The notes under the pieces were generated by a model. It searched no databases, was not told the DNA's origin, and saw only the letters and a program-made list of their open reading frames with translations. A program made the translations under genes and the position numbers. Positions 45,942 to 56,265 of a stretch of 64,000 nt of DNA are shown piece by piece. The stretch comes from an uncultured Rhizobium sp. (lineage in GTDB: Bacteria; Pseudomonadota; Alphaproteobacteria; Rickettsiales; UBA1997): the NCBI GenBank assembly GCA_964434225.1, contig CAYSUM010000002.1, positions 40,900 through 104,899 on the forward strand, in the 5' to 3' direction. Numbering within the stretch: position 1 is the first letter of the stretch; each line of letters begins with the position of its first letter.

Positions 45942-47645
45942 TTAATTATTTCTTCTTCTAAAAAAGGCTGGAACGTTCAAAATATCGTCTTCGATTTTTT
46001 CATCGACTACTTCTTTTTCTTCGTCAAAAACTGTCGCTCCAAAAAATTCTTGATGTTTCTTGGCTGCTTCTTGCGACTTTTCTTGAGTGATTACCGGCTG
46101 TTCTTTTTGCAAGACTGGAGCAGCTTTTTGTAAAGCTGGCATAACTTTTTGAGAAACTGGCTCGGGCAGAATATCGGTGAATTTTATTTCTGGCTCTTCT
46201 TGCAAATCTTTGCTTTTTGAACCATTCATGAAGCTGAATAAACTAAATCCTCCGGAATCTTTTTTATCTTTTTTAGATACCGCTGGAGACGCTGTTTTTG
46301 CTGGTTTAGCCGGCTTTACAAAAACTTCTTTTTCTTCAATTTCTTCTTCAATTGTCTGTTCTTCGTTAGCAAAAAAACTTGATTGATCAAATTCTTTTTC
46401 TTCAAAAGTTTGCGGAATTTCTTGGCCGTAATTTGGATTAGGCTCTTTCAAGAAAGTTTGTTTTGGTTTCAAATCGACTTCAGCAATTTCTTCAAATTGT
46501 TGCACAGCTGGCGCAGAAATTGTTCCTGGATTGAAGAAACTTTTACCCAAAGCTGAGCCGTTGGATTTAGATTCTTGCGCAGCTTCAATTTTGAAGCGTC
46601 CCGATTCTTTAATTTCCTGAGCTCTTTCAACATCTCTTCTATATTCTTCAACATCGATGCCCGTAGCAACGACAGAGATTCTAATTTTACCTTTCATGTT
46701 TTCGTTAAAGGCTGAACCAAAAATAATATTGGCGTTGGAATCAACTTCTTTGCGAATTGTGTTCACCGCCAAATCAGCTTCAAACAGTGTCATATCTGGA
46801 CCGCCAGTCATATTTACCAAAACACCTTTGGCGCCTTTGATTGAAATATCATCAAGTAATGGATTAGAAATTGCAGCTTCGCAAGCAGCAATAGCGCGGT
46901 TTGGACCTTCTGCCTCGCCAGTTCCCATCATGGCTTTACCCATTTTGGTCATGATTGTTCTGATGTCAGCAAAATCTAAATTCACTAAACCAGGCATTGT
47001 GATTAAATCGGTAACACCGCGCACGCCAGCGTGAAGAACGTCATCTGCCATTTTAAAGGCAGATTCAAAAGTTGTATTTTCGTTAGCGATTCTGAAAAGA
47101 TTTTGGTTGGGGATTATGATTAGAGTATCAACGTATTTCTTCAATTCTTCGATGCCTGCCTCAGCAGTTTCCATGCGATATTTTCCTTCAAAATGGAAAG
47201 GTTTTGTGACAACTCCAACCGTTAAAACATCTCTTTCGCGAGCAAGTTTAGCAATGACGGGAGCCGCACCAGTTCCAGTTCCGCCACCCATTCCGGCAGC
47301 GATGAAAACCATATTGCTTCCTTCTAAATATTTTTCGATTTCTTCAATATTTTCTTCAGCTGCAACACGTCCACGATCAGGAAATGAGCCGGCTCCAAGG
47401 CCTTTGGTTGTAACAACTCCAAGCTGAATACGATTGGGCGCAAGAGCGCTGGCCAAAGCTTGCGCATCGGTATTAGCAGCAACAAATTCAACACCTTCAA
47501 GATTAGAGCGAATCATATTATTGATTGCATTTCCGCCCGCTCCGCCAACGCCAAAAATTGTAATTTTTGGTTTCAATAGTTCAGGGGCTGGAATGTTGAT
47601 TTTCAAGGACATATCGAGGCTTTTTGATTTTCTAGTTGATTTCAT
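45942..47645 (-). CDS. ftsZ: Cell division protein FtsZ with a long C-terminal linker
   Basis: GVGGAGGNA, the GGGTGTG signature and NLDFAD are present. A ~240-aa low-complexity linker ends in the conserved tail [13 protein letters not shown]. Confidence 0.97.
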   Translation of the reverse strand: MKSTRKSKSLDMSLKINIPAPELLKPKITIFGVGGAGGNAINNMIRSNLEGVEFVAANTDAQALASALAPNRIQLGVVTTKGLGAGSFPDRGRVAAEENIEEIEKYLEGSNMVFIAAGMGGGTGTGAAPVIAKLARERDVLTVGVVTKPFHFEGKYRMETAEAGIEELKKYVDTLIIIPNQNLFRIANENTTFESAFKMADDVLHAGVRGVTDLITMPGLVNLDFADIRTIMTKMGKAMMGTGEAEGPNRAIAACEAAISNPLLDDISIKGAKGVLVNMTGGPDMTLFEADLAVNTIRKEVDSNANIIFGSAFNENMKGKIRISVVATGIDVEEYRRDVERAQEIKESGRFKIEAAQESKSNGSALGKSFFNPGTISAPAVQQFEEIAEVDLKPKQTFLKEPNPNYGQEIPQTFEEKEFDQSSFFANEEQTIEEEIEEKEVFVKPAKPAKTASPAVSKKDKKDSGGFSLFSFMNGSKSKDLQEEPEIKFTDILPEPVSQKVMPALQKAAPVLQKEQPVITQEKSQEAAKKHQEFFGATVFDEEKEVVDEKIEDDILNVPAFFRRRNN

Positions 47646-47816
47646 GGGAAGGAAAAATTTTTTCAGCGAATACTCTAAGCGTTTTAATAGGCAAAAAAAT
47701 AATCTGCAATTTTTTCTAGGACAGATTTAGTGACTAAAGATAACATCATTAATTTTATGGAAAAATTTCGTTTTTTTTGACAAAAAAACTTGTATGTCCA
47801 ATGACAACTTAAGCAA

Positions 47817-49196
47817 TCAAAGTGCAATTGTAGCCAATCCTAGCAGCGTCAAAAAAGAAAACATGTCGGTCATTGTTGTTAAAAAAACTCCCGAAGAAAT
47901 CGCTGGATCAAATTTTAAACGATATAAAATTAACGGAATAAAAACACCAAAAAAGCCTGATAGAGTAATTGCCGCAAGAATCGCCGAAGCGAAAACTAAA
48001 CTTAGCAGAAGATTGTGTTGCCAAAAATAACATGCCGTGGCAGCTACAGCTGCAAGAACCAAGCCATTCATAAAAGCGACCGACATTTCTTTAAACATAA
48101 TTTTAAAGAGTGAGATATTATCGATTTCTTTGGTGGCAATTGCCCTTACCAAAACTGTCAGCGCTTGAGTTCCCGAGTTTCCAGAAAGCGATGAAACAAT
48201 TGGAAGTAGAGCCGCAAGCGCAACGATTTTTTGAATTTCGCCCGAAAAAAATGCGATAATTCCCGCCGAAAATAAGTTAGTTACTAAACTAGTTCCAAGC
48301 CAAGAAACACGCGACTTTGCAGTGGTAAAAGATGATGCGTGTAAGTTGATATAATTTACACCGCCAAGTAGCAAAATATCTTCTTCAGCTTCGTCTTGCA
48401 AAATATCAATCACATCATTGGCATAAATTACGCCAACTAGAATTCCTTTTTCATCGACAACTGGCGCATAGTCGAGGGAATATTTACTAAAAAGCTGTGC
48501 GCCCTCTTCTTTGTCCATATTGGCGGTCAAAACTCGTAGCTCATCTTTTTTGGCCATAATTTCCGACATCACAATCTGTTTTTTATTCTTCAAAATTTTG
48601 CTAACGCTGACTTCTGAAATCGGACGAAAATCATCGTCAACAATCACGATATTATGAAAATCATCAGGAAGATCTTCCGTATTTTGTAAATGGTAAGTGG
48701 CTTGCGCAACGCTCCAATCTTGTTTCACGGCGATGAAGTTTTGTTGCATCAAACGACCGATGGAATTCTCTGGATAAGATAATGCTTCTTCGATCTCGCT
48801 TCTTTTTTCATCAGAAATGTGATCAAGAATGTCGCTGATACCTTCATTTTCTAAGGTTTCTATAACCTGTACCGCATCGTCAATTTCTAATTGATCGATC
48901 GCTTTCGCGCTATTTTCGCTGCCCAAAAGTTCGATAACATCACTTTTTAATTTATCGTCGAGATAAGTTAAAATTTCGGGATCGAATTCATTGGCAATAA
49001 TAGCGACTAATTTGATTCTTTGTTCGAAGTTTAAAGACGAAAGAAAGTCAGCTTGGTCTGCAGGGTGAAGCTCAAGAAAGAACTTTTTTACTTGGCTGGT
49101 GAGATCATTTTCCAGCGAATTTAAAATGCGAACTTTGATATTTTGATCGATACCAAATTCTGATTCATAAGTATTTTCTTTTTTTTCGGTAGCCAT
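47817..49196 (-). CDS. mgtE: Magnesium transporter MgtE
   Basis: It has an N-domain, tandem CBS domains and a C-terminal 5-TM domain with a SGNSGTQ-type motif. Confidence 0.95.
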   Translation of the reverse strand: MATEKKENTYESEFGIDQNIKVRILNSLENDLTSQVKKFFLELHPADQADFLSSLNFEQRIKLVAIIANEFDPEILTYLDDKLKSDVIELLGSENSAKAIDQLEIDDAVQVIETLENEGISDILDHISDEKRSEIEEALSYPENSIGRLMQQNFIAVKQDWSVAQATYHLQNTEDLPDDFHNIVIVDDDFRPISEVSVSKILKNKKQIVMSEIMAKKDELRVLTANMDKEEGAQLFSKYSLDYAPVVDEKGILVGVIYANDVIDILQDEAEEDILLLGGVNYINLHASSFTTAKSRVSWLGTSLVTNLFSAGIIAFFSGEIQKIVALAALLPIVSSLSGNSGTQALTVLVRAIATKEIDNISLFKIMFKEMSVAFMNGLVLAAVAATACYFWQHNLLLSLVFASAILAAITLSGFFGVFIPLILYRLKFDPAISSGVFLTTMTDMFSFLTLLGLATIAL

Positions 49197-49324
49197 TTGT
49201 ACTCAGAATTTAGGTTAGCATCAATGGTGTTATCGACCTCGTCATGCGACGGGTGACAAGTTGATAGAGTTTGTTACCTTATCTTCAGCTTGCCCTTTCG
49301 TCGTATTAAGTGCTCTAGTTTTTT

Positions 49325-50407
49325 CTATGCAACCATCAAAGTCGCTTTAATGATCTCATCTTCACGATTAATCGCGATCGAATTATTTTCTTTATTCACC
49401 AAAAGTTCGAAGAAATTGAAAACGTTTTTAGAAAATAATCGACTTGCATCGCTGGCAACAAAACTTGGAAAATTTTCGTGGCCGATAATTTTTACACCTT
49501 CAATTTCAACAATTTTTCCTTTTTGAGTTAACGCGCAATTGCCACCATTTACTGCCGCAATATCAACAATCACTGCGCCTTGCTTCATTAATTTTACCAT
49601 TTCTTGGGTAATTAAAATTGGAGCGGCTTTTCCAGGAATTAGCGCAGTTGTAATTATTACGTCCTGAGTTTTAAGAGTTTCTTTTAATAATTCTTGCTGG
49701 CGTTTTTTGTAATCTTCACTCATTTCCTGAGCATAAACTCCGTCAACTTTTTCATCAGATTTTACTTCAATAAATTTAGCTCCAAGGCTTTGTACTTGCT
49801 CTTTAGCTGCGGCGCGAACATCAAAAGCAGATACAATTGCACCAAGTCTTTTTGCGGTTGCGATCGCCTGCAATCCAGCAACGCCAGCACCAAGAATTAA
49901 AAATTTTGCCGCCGAAATTGTTCCAGCAGCCGTCATCATCATTGGCACAACTTTTGGCAGATTATGAACCGCTTCAAGAACCGCCACATATCCAGCCAAA
50001 TTACTTTGCGAAGAAAGAACATCCATGCTTTGGGCGCGAGTGATTCGAGGGGTTAATTCTAAAGCAAAGGCTGAAATTTTTGCGTCAACCAAAGCGGCAA
50101 CTTTTTCTTTTTGAAAAGCTGGATTTAGAAGTGCAAGAAAAACTAGATTTGGCTTAACTTTTGCAAGGTCAATTTCGGTTCTTTGAACGGAAATTACGAC
50201 ATCGATTTCCGATAAAATTTGATTAACATCTGCGACAATTTTTGCGCCGGCTTTTTCATAAACCTCATCTGCAATTCCAGATTTTTCGCCAGCTTTTCTT
50301 TCAACAAAAATTTCAACTCCCAGTTTTTGATATTTTGCGATTAGGTCAGGAGTAAGAGCTACGCGATTTTCACTGACAATAGCTTCTTTTAGAACTAGGA
50401 GTTTCAT
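49325..50407 (-). CDS. pntA: NAD(P) transhydrogenase alpha subunit part 1 (dI, alanine-dehydrogenase-like)
   Basis: E.RVALTP start, a Rossmann motif LILGAGVAGLQAIATAKRLGA, and TTALIPGKAAP. There is no pntAB/pntB in the window. Confidence 0.85.
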   Translation of the reverse strand: MKLLVLKEAIVSENRVALTPDLIAKYQKLGVEIFVERKAGEKSGIADEVYEKAGAKIVADVNQILSEIDVVISVQRTEIDLAKVKPNLVFLALLNPAFQKEKVAALVDAKISAFALELTPRITRAQSMDVLSSQSNLAGYVAVLEAVHNLPKVVPMMMTAAGTISAAKFLILGAGVAGLQAIATAKRLGAIVSAFDVRAAAKEQVQSLGAKFIEVKSDEKVDGVYAQEMSEDYKKRQQELLKETLKTQDVIITTALIPGKAAPILITQEMVKLMKQGAVIVDIAAVNGGNCALTQKGKIVEIEGVKIIGHENFPSFVASDASRLFSKNVFNFFELLVNKENNSIAINREDEIIKATLMVA

Positions 50408-50475
50408 ATAAAGTATTTTTTAGAGTATGTCTCAAGAGCCCTACTACGCTTGCTTTTAGAGCTACGGCGGGACAT

Positions 50476-50551
50476 CCTTCGCTCTTAACATCTTCATCCA
50501 ACAGTCTTCCGCTTGGGCTGACCTGTCAGTCTAAGTTCATAAGAGCGAAGG
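50476..50551. repeat. 12-bp perfect inverted repeat abutting the tRNA-Leu 3' end
   Basis: ccttcgctctta (50476-50487) and taagagcgaagg (50540-50551) are separated by 52 nt. The right arm ends 1 nt from the tRNA CCA end. Confidence 0.5.
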
Positions 50552-50552
50552 C

Positions 50553-50639
50553 TGGTGCGGTCGAGAAGATTTGAACTTCCACGGGTTTTACCCCACAACG
50601 ACCTCAACGTTGCGCGTATACCAATTCCGCCACGACCGC
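50553..50639 (-). tRNA. tRNA-Leu (anticodon GAG), type II with long variable arm, CCA encoded
   Basis: Folded by hand. Acceptor is GCGGTCG/CGACCGC. Anticodon stem CAACG/CGTTG carries loop TTGAGGT. The variable arm is GGGGTAAAACCC, the T-loop is TTCAAAT, and the 3' end is ACCA. Confidence 0.9.
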
Positions 50640-50670
50640 ATAAAAAAATATTACAGCAGTGTTGTAATAT

Positions 50671-53600
50671 TTAGCTAACCAAAGGTTTTAAACGATTTAA
50701 AGCTACAATAAAAACCGACAAATCAGGATTTGGCTGAGACTTTAATTCCAAAATGAAGTTGTCAAAACGCTCAACTAAAAATTCAGACTTTTTTACCCAA
50801 TTTGTCATTGATTCATTCTCGCAAAGAATTTTGTCTTTGCCGCTAGAATCAACGATGCTTTTAGCAATCTTCATCTGATAACTATAAAGATCTTCAAGGA
50901 TGGTTTTACTAGAAAGCTTCTGCCAGTGATTTTCATAATTGACGCTAGAAACTTTGCTACGCAACCATTTTAAAGAAAATCTATTGCCCACGGAAAAATA
51001 AACTTGGGCGATAACTTTCAGATCGAAATTTGAAGCTGCTGAGATTTCAGCAATATCAAAAACTGAAGCTAGCGGATCAAGTGAAGCGACCTTATTTGCC
51101 AATTTACGGTCAACTCCGTTCAAACAATATCTTTCAATTTTACGTTCGAAAGATTCGCGCGAAGCTTGAGCCAATACTTCCGATAAAAGAGAAGAAAGTT
51201 CGTTGGCGATTTTTCTGAAGCGAGTAATTACTGGAGAAATTGCCCCTTTTGATTGATTTCGCAACATCCACATCACCGATCTTTCCAACAACTTGCTTGA
51301 AGCCAAGAACATTTGCGATTGAATTTGTGGCGCAATTTTTCCATCAAGAGTTTCAATTTCTTCCCAGATTTCACGAAGTCTGAATGAATCGCAGGCAATG
51401 ACCAAACTTTTTACCACATCGGAAATCGCAAAACCACTATCTTGACAAAGTTGATTGACGAAAGTGATGCCAGCGCGATTAACCACAAAATTAGTAATTT
51501 GCGTCGCGATAATTTCATTGCGAAGTTGATGAGTTAAAATTTCTTCAGAGAATTTTTTCTGCAAAATTTTCGGGAAGTAAGAAACCAATTCATGTTCGAA
51601 ATATTTATCTTTAAGCAAATCTGAAGTCAGAAGCGCGTTATAAACATCCATTTTCGAGTAAGCCAACATCACGCAAAGCTCGGGGCGAGTCATGCCGATG
51701 CGGTCATTTTGTCTTTTATCGATTTCTTTTCTTGATGGCAAAAATTCAATTTTGCGATTGAGCAATCCTGATTTTTCCAAACGATCTAAAAATTGCGACT
51801 GATCACCAAGACTTGAGGCACCTTGTGAATAAGAAACCGAAATTGCTTGAGTTTGCAATCTGTTATCAGAAAGAACCAAGCGAGAAACTTCTTCCGTCAT
51901 ACTTTCCAAAACTTTATTTCTTTCTTCCAGAGTAATTTTTTTGCTACGCATTGCTTGAATCAAAGCGATTTTGATATTCACTTCATGATCTGAACAATCT
52001 ACGCCCGCAGAGTTATCCATGGCGTCGGTATTGATGCGACCGCCATTTAACGCATATTCGATACGACCTTTTTGAGTGAAACCAAGGTTTCCACCCTCAC
52101 CTACTACTTTGCATCGAAGCTCAGAACCATTGATACGCAAGGCATCGTTAGCGCGATCGCCAACATCTTGATTTGATTCATCGGCAGCTTTGACATAAGT
52201 TCCAATCCCGCCATTCCACAATAGATCGACTGGAGCTTTTAGAATTGCTTTAATCAATTCATTTGGCTCAAGCTCGTCTTCTTCGATGGCCAAGACCGCT
52301 TTAATTTCGGGAGAAATTACAATAGATTTGGCGCTTCTTTCAAAAATGGCACCACCTTTTGAAATCAAAGATTGATCATAATCCATCCAAGTTGAGCGTG
52401 GTAAATTGAACATACGAACACGTTCGACAAAAGATTTTGCCGCATCAGGATTTGGATCGAAGAAAATATGCATATGGTTGAAAGCGGCTACCATCTTGAT
52501 GTGTGGCGACAATAACATGCCGTTTCCAAATACATCGCCAGCTAAATCTCCAATACCAACACAAGTAAAATCTTGAGTTTGGGTATCGTGACCCATTTCC
52601 GCGAAATGTCTTTGAACCGAAATCCAAGCGCCTTTCGCGGTAATTCCCATTTTCTTGTGATCATATCCAACCGAACCGCCAGAAGCAAAGGCGTCACCTA
52701 GCCAAAAATTATATTCCGCAGAAATTCCATTGGCGATGTCGGAAAAAGTTGCCGTTCCCTTGTCAGCAGCAACCACCAAATAAGGATCTGGCGCATCATG
52801 CATCACTACATTTTGAGGATGATCTATTTTACCTTCAATGACGTTGTCGGTAATATCCAAAAGTCCTCGCAAGAAGGTTTGGTAAGAAGTAATGCCATCT
52901 TTCAAAACTTCGTCACGACTTAAACCAGCTGTTGGTTTTTTTACCACGAAACCGCCTTTTGAGCCGACGGGAACAATCACAGCATTTTTCGTCATTTGCG
53001 CTTTCATCAAACCAAGAACTTCGGTACGAAAATCTTCATGACGATCCGACCAGCGCAAACCGCCGCGCGCAACGCGTCCACCACGCAAATGAATTCCTTC
53101 CATTTTTGAAGAATAAACAAAAATTTCGGCGTAAGGAAGTGGCAACGGCAAATCTAAAACTTGCTGGCAATCGAATTTGAATGAAACGTAACCTTTAAAA
53201 CCACCTTCTTTTGAAACTTGATAATAGTTAGTTCTGAGAGTTGCTTTAATTACACTAAAGAATCTTTTAATCACCGCGTCATCAAGCAAGTCTTTGACCT
53301 GCCCTAAACTTTTGGCAATTTTTTCTGAAATGATTTCAATTTTTTTCTGCCTGTCAGAAAGACTAAGTTTGAAATTTGGATTAAATTTAACTTCAAAGAG
53401 CTCAATCAAAAGCTTGGTGATGTCTTTATATTTTACCAAAACATCGGCGATGTAGACTTGGCTGTATCTAAAGCCAGTTTGGTAAATATATTTTGTGTAA
53501 GCTCGCAGTAAATAAATTTGCTTCCAATCAAGATCCGCAACTACAACCAAGCGATTTAGCATACTAACATCGATTGCTTTATTCCAAATTAATAAAATAG

Positions 53601-55515
53601 TTTTTTCAAAATTGATCTTGGTTTTTTCAGAAAATTTATCGCCTGATTTGCTTAAATTTAAATGGAAATAATGAATCCAAACCTTTTTCTTCGGATTAAT
53701 TCTGTCATCTTCTTCGGCCGTTACAACGTAAGTATGTTCTTGAATTACGTTAAAACCAAAACTCTCAAGAACTGGCATCACATCAGAGAGAATTAATTCT
53801 CTTTGCGGATTATAAATTTTTAACTCGGTAATTTCTTCAGACAAAGCTTCGGAAGAACGATATAAATTAAATAAAATCGAGTCTTTTTTTAAACATTCTT
53901 CGATGCGCGCGATGTCAATTGCAGCGCGCTTCGGATCGAAACGGTTGGCATAGCTAACTGAAAAAGCGTTCTGATATTTTGCAAAAAGTTCGATACGTTT
54001 TTCATTTTCGAATTTTGCTGAAATCGCTTCTTTAAGATCGTCACTCCAAACTCGAGTCATGTTAGTGATTTCGCGCTCAACTTTAATATTATCCACGGCT
54101 GGAATACGGCCGTCATTAGTGCGAACAATTACATGAAATCTGGTTAATTTTGAGTCGGTAATTTCAACAAAAGAATCCGCGATTTCGCCGTTATAAATTT
54201 CAGCCAAATATTGTTTTATTTTCTCTCTTAAGTCAGAATTACTGCGGTCTCTTGGCGTAAAAATTAAGCAGCTGATGAAACGATTATATTTATCCTTGCG
54301 TGAGAAAAATCTGACTTGCGATCTGCCACAAATTGCCACGATTCCAGTCGCAATACGAAGTAAATCGTTGGCATTGGTTTGAAATAATTCGTCGCGCGGG
54401 TAAGATTCAAGTACCGAAATTAAATCTTTGTGATTGTGACTTCCTTTGATAAACCCAGAATCTTCGATGATTTTGGCAATTTTATTACGAACCAGTGGAA
54501 TAGTATTTGGGCTGTGGTTGTAGGCTGAAGAGGTAAATAAACCAACGAATCTGAATTCGCCGACAACTTTTCCATTTTCAGAAATTTTTTGAATTCTGAT
54601 GCGTTCAGCATTAGAAATTCTGTGGATGCGCGATCTGTAGCGCGATTTTAAAATTTCGATTACATAAGGATTTTTTACCGAATCACAAACTTCATCAACC
54701 GATGAATTTAGAACTTCCGGCCTTACGTCAGCGTAAGGCGAAGAAAAAACACCAAGACCAGAATTCTTAACCTCTTCCAATTTGCAAGAACCTTTCTCAG
54801 CTTCTTTTACGTTAAATTCTTTAGCGCCCAAAAGAATAAAATTTCCAGCGATAATCCAATTTATAAAATCTTTAATTTCAGTAATTTCTTTTTCATCTTT
54901 AACCAATTTTTTGGCATTGTGTATTTGGTCTTGAGCCTTTGTGATTAAAGCGATCATCTTCTTCCAATCACCAACAACTAAAACTAAAGTTTCGATGATT
55001 TTGGTAATATTTTCCTGCAACATTTTGATGCCAGAATCAGAAGTAATTTTATCCAAATGAAGCTGGATAATTGATTCTGGTTTGGCATTTTTTTTCTCGG
55101 TAATTGAAACCAATTTTCCGTTTTCATCGCGAATAGTTGAATAAATTGGATGCACTATATTCTTGATGCGAATACCAATTTTATCCAAATGTCCGACAAT
55201 TGAATCAACCAAAAATGGCATGTCATCGGAAATTACTTCTAAGAAAGTGTTAACCGATTCAAACCCATCAACATCTTTTGATGGGTTATGAATTCTAACT
55301 TTAAAAATGCTAGTTTTTTCAGCGGCGAAACTAAAGCTTAAAAAAGTGGCGTTATGAAGCTCTTCAATTGAATAATTTACAAAGTCACGACCATGATTTT
55401 GTAAATAAAATAATTTAATGAAATCCAAAAATTTTTCGTGCGAAAAATTTTTTTCGTATTTTTTTTGGCGAGAAAAACTAACGACTTGGTCGATAAGGTT
55501 TTGCATTTTTTCCAT
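50671..55515 (-). CDS. NAD-specific glutamate dehydrogenase, large (~180 kDa) class
   Basis: 1614 aa. The central catalytic block (RGGLRWSDR, VPVGSKGG, AADKGTATFSD, GGSVGYDHKKMGITA, GIGDLAGDVFGN) is characteristic of Bac_GDH-type enzymes. Confidence 0.93.
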   Translation of the reverse strand: MEKMQNLIDQVVSFSRQKKYEKNFSHEKFLDFIKLFYLQNHGRDFVNYSIEELHNATFLSFSFAAEKTSIFKVRIHNPSKDVDGFESVNTFLEVISDDMPFLVDSIVGHLDKIGIRIKNIVHPIYSTIRDENGKLVSITEKKNAKPESIIQLHLDKITSDSGIKMLQENITKIIETLVLVVGDWKKMIALITKAQDQIHNAKKLVKDEKEITEIKDFINWIIAGNFILLGAKEFNVKEAEKGSCKLEEVKNSGLGVFSSPYADVRPEVLNSSVDEVCDSVKNPYVIEILKSRYRSRIHRISNAERIRIQKISENGKVVGEFRFVGLFTSSAYNHSPNTIPLVRNKIAKIIEDSGFIKGSHNHKDLISVLESYPRDELFQTNANDLLRIATGIVAICGRSQVRFFSRKDKYNRFISCLIFTPRDRSNSDLREKIKQYLAEIYNGEIADSFVEITDSKLTRFHVIVRTNDGRIPAVDNIKVEREITNMTRVWSDDLKEAISAKFENEKRIELFAKYQNAFSVSYANRFDPKRAAIDIARIEECLKKDSILFNLYRSSEALSEEITELKIYNPQRELILSDVMPVLESFGFNVIQEHTYVVTAEEDDRINPKKKVWIHYFHLNLSKSGDKFSEKTKINFEKTILLIWNKAIDVSMLNRLVVVADLDWKQIYLLRAYTKYIYQTGFRYSQVYIADVLVKYKDITKLLIELFEVKFNPNFKLSLSDRQKKIEIISEKIAKSLGQVKDLLDDAVIKRFFSVIKATLRTNYYQVSKEGGFKGYVSFKFDCQQVLDLPLPLPYAEIFVYSSKMEGIHLRGGRVARGGLRWSDRHEDFRTEVLGLMKAQMTKNAVIVPVGSKGGFVVKKPTAGLSRDEVLKDGITSYQTFLRGLLDITDNVIEGKIDHPQNVVMHDAPDPYLVVAADKGTATFSDIANGISAEYNFWLGDAFASGGSVGYDHKKMGITAKGAWISVQRHFAEMGHDTQTQDFTCVGIGDLAGDVFGNGMLLSPHIKMVAAFNHMHIFFDPNPDAAKSFVERVRMFNLPRSTWMDYDQSLISKGGAIFERSAKSIVISPEIKAVLAIEEDELEPNELIKAILKAPVDLLWNGGIGTYVKAADESNQDVGDRANDALRINGSELRCKVVGEGGNLGFTQKGRIEYALNGGRINTDAMDNSAGVDCSDHEVNIKIALIQAMRSKKITLEERNKVLESMTEEVSRLVLSDNRLQTQAISVSYSQGASSLGDQSQFLDRLEKSGLLNRKIEFLPSRKEIDKRQNDRIGMTRPELCVMLAYSKMDVYNALLTSDLLKDKYFEHELVSYFPKILQKKFSEEILTHQLRNEIIATQITNFVVNRAGITFVNQLCQDSGFAISDVVKSLVIACDSFRLREIWEEIETLDGKIAPQIQSQMFLASSKLLERSVMWMLRNQSKGAISPVITRFRKIANELSSLLSEVLAQASRESFERKIERYCLNGVDRKLANKVASLDPLASVFDIAEISAASNFDLKVIAQVYFSVGNRFSLKWLRSKVSSVNYENHWQKLSSKTILEDLYSYQMKIAKSIVDSSGKDKILCENESMTNWVKKSEFLVERFDNFILELKSQPNPDLSVFIVALNRLKPLVS

Positions 55516-55530
55516 AAAACTTTGTTCGAA

Positions 55531-56070
55531 TTATTTTTTTATAAGAATAACCACCATCTGCATCCCCTCTAGCCTGTGAGGCACTTCTGGTTTTGCGAAA
55601 ATTTCAGTATCTCTCAAAATATCTTGCATCATTTTTTCAGCTAAATCTTGGTGAGTAATCTCGCGACCCTTCATTCTGATACTAACTTTTACTTTATTTC
55701 CTTTTTCGATAAATTCTTTGGTGTGGCGGATTTTTGTATCAAAATCACCCTTACCAATATTGATTGTCATCTTGATTTCTTTGACCTCGACGACTTTTTG
55801 TTTTTTCTTGGCATCTGCTGCTTTTTTCTGCAGCTCATATTTCATCTTACCAAAATTGGCAATTTTACAGACTGGCGGAGTCACGTTTGGCGATACTTCA
55901 ACCAAATCTAAATCGACATCCAGCGCCATTTTTAGAGCTTCTGCAACTCCGACAACCCCAACCATTTTTCCTTCGTGATCGATAAGCCTAACTTCGCGGG
56001 CTTTGATCTGTTCGTTGATACGAAATAATTTATCGAAATTTTGTGCCGGATGATTTTTTGCTGGTTTCAC
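55531..56070 (-). CDS. infC: Translation initiation factor IF-3
   Basis: INEQIKAREVRLIDHEGKMVGVV, PPVCKIANFGK and VKEIKM motifs. The start in the track ORF is non-ATG (GTG at 56068-56070). Confidence 0.93.
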   Translation of the reverse strand: MKPAKNHPAQNFDKLFRINEQIKAREVRLIDHEGKMVGVVGVAEALKMALDVDLDLVEVSPNVTPPVCKIANFGKMKYELQKKAADAKKKQKVVEVKEIKMTINIGKGDFDTKIRHTKEFIEKGNKVKVSIRMKGREITHQDLAEKMMQDILRDTEIFAKPEVPHRLEGMQMVVILIKK

Positions 56071-56265
56071 AAGAGTTATTTGGGTTGTTAAAGAATTTTC
56101 TCACCAAGAAAAAAGCGAGAGGCGGCGCAAATTAGATATCAACTTCTAAATTTCAACCCTGTGCTTTGAATTAATTTCAACTGAGTTTTTTAGATCTTCT
56201 TCAAGCTATGGCAGTTTTATTTGTAAGCGTCCAGAAAGGCAATTTTTTAAGGCTTCTTAATGCCG

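Noticed and set aside
47794-48030. 78-aa plus-strand ORF
   Set aside because: It is entirely antisense to the well-supported mgtE C-terminal membrane domain.
49197-49324. Mg2+ (M-box) riboswitch in the 128-nt mgtE leader
   Set aside because: The region is shorter than a typical M-box and I could not find the conserved M-box core helices by eye. This needs a covariance-model scan and is not claimed.
50410-50552. Possible SRP (4.5S) RNA because of caggtcag...gcggaag on the minus strand
   Set aside because: The conserved domain IV features (GGAA tetraloop flanked by the symmetric AGCA/GGAA-type loops) cannot be aligned. I keep it only as an unexplained structured spacer.
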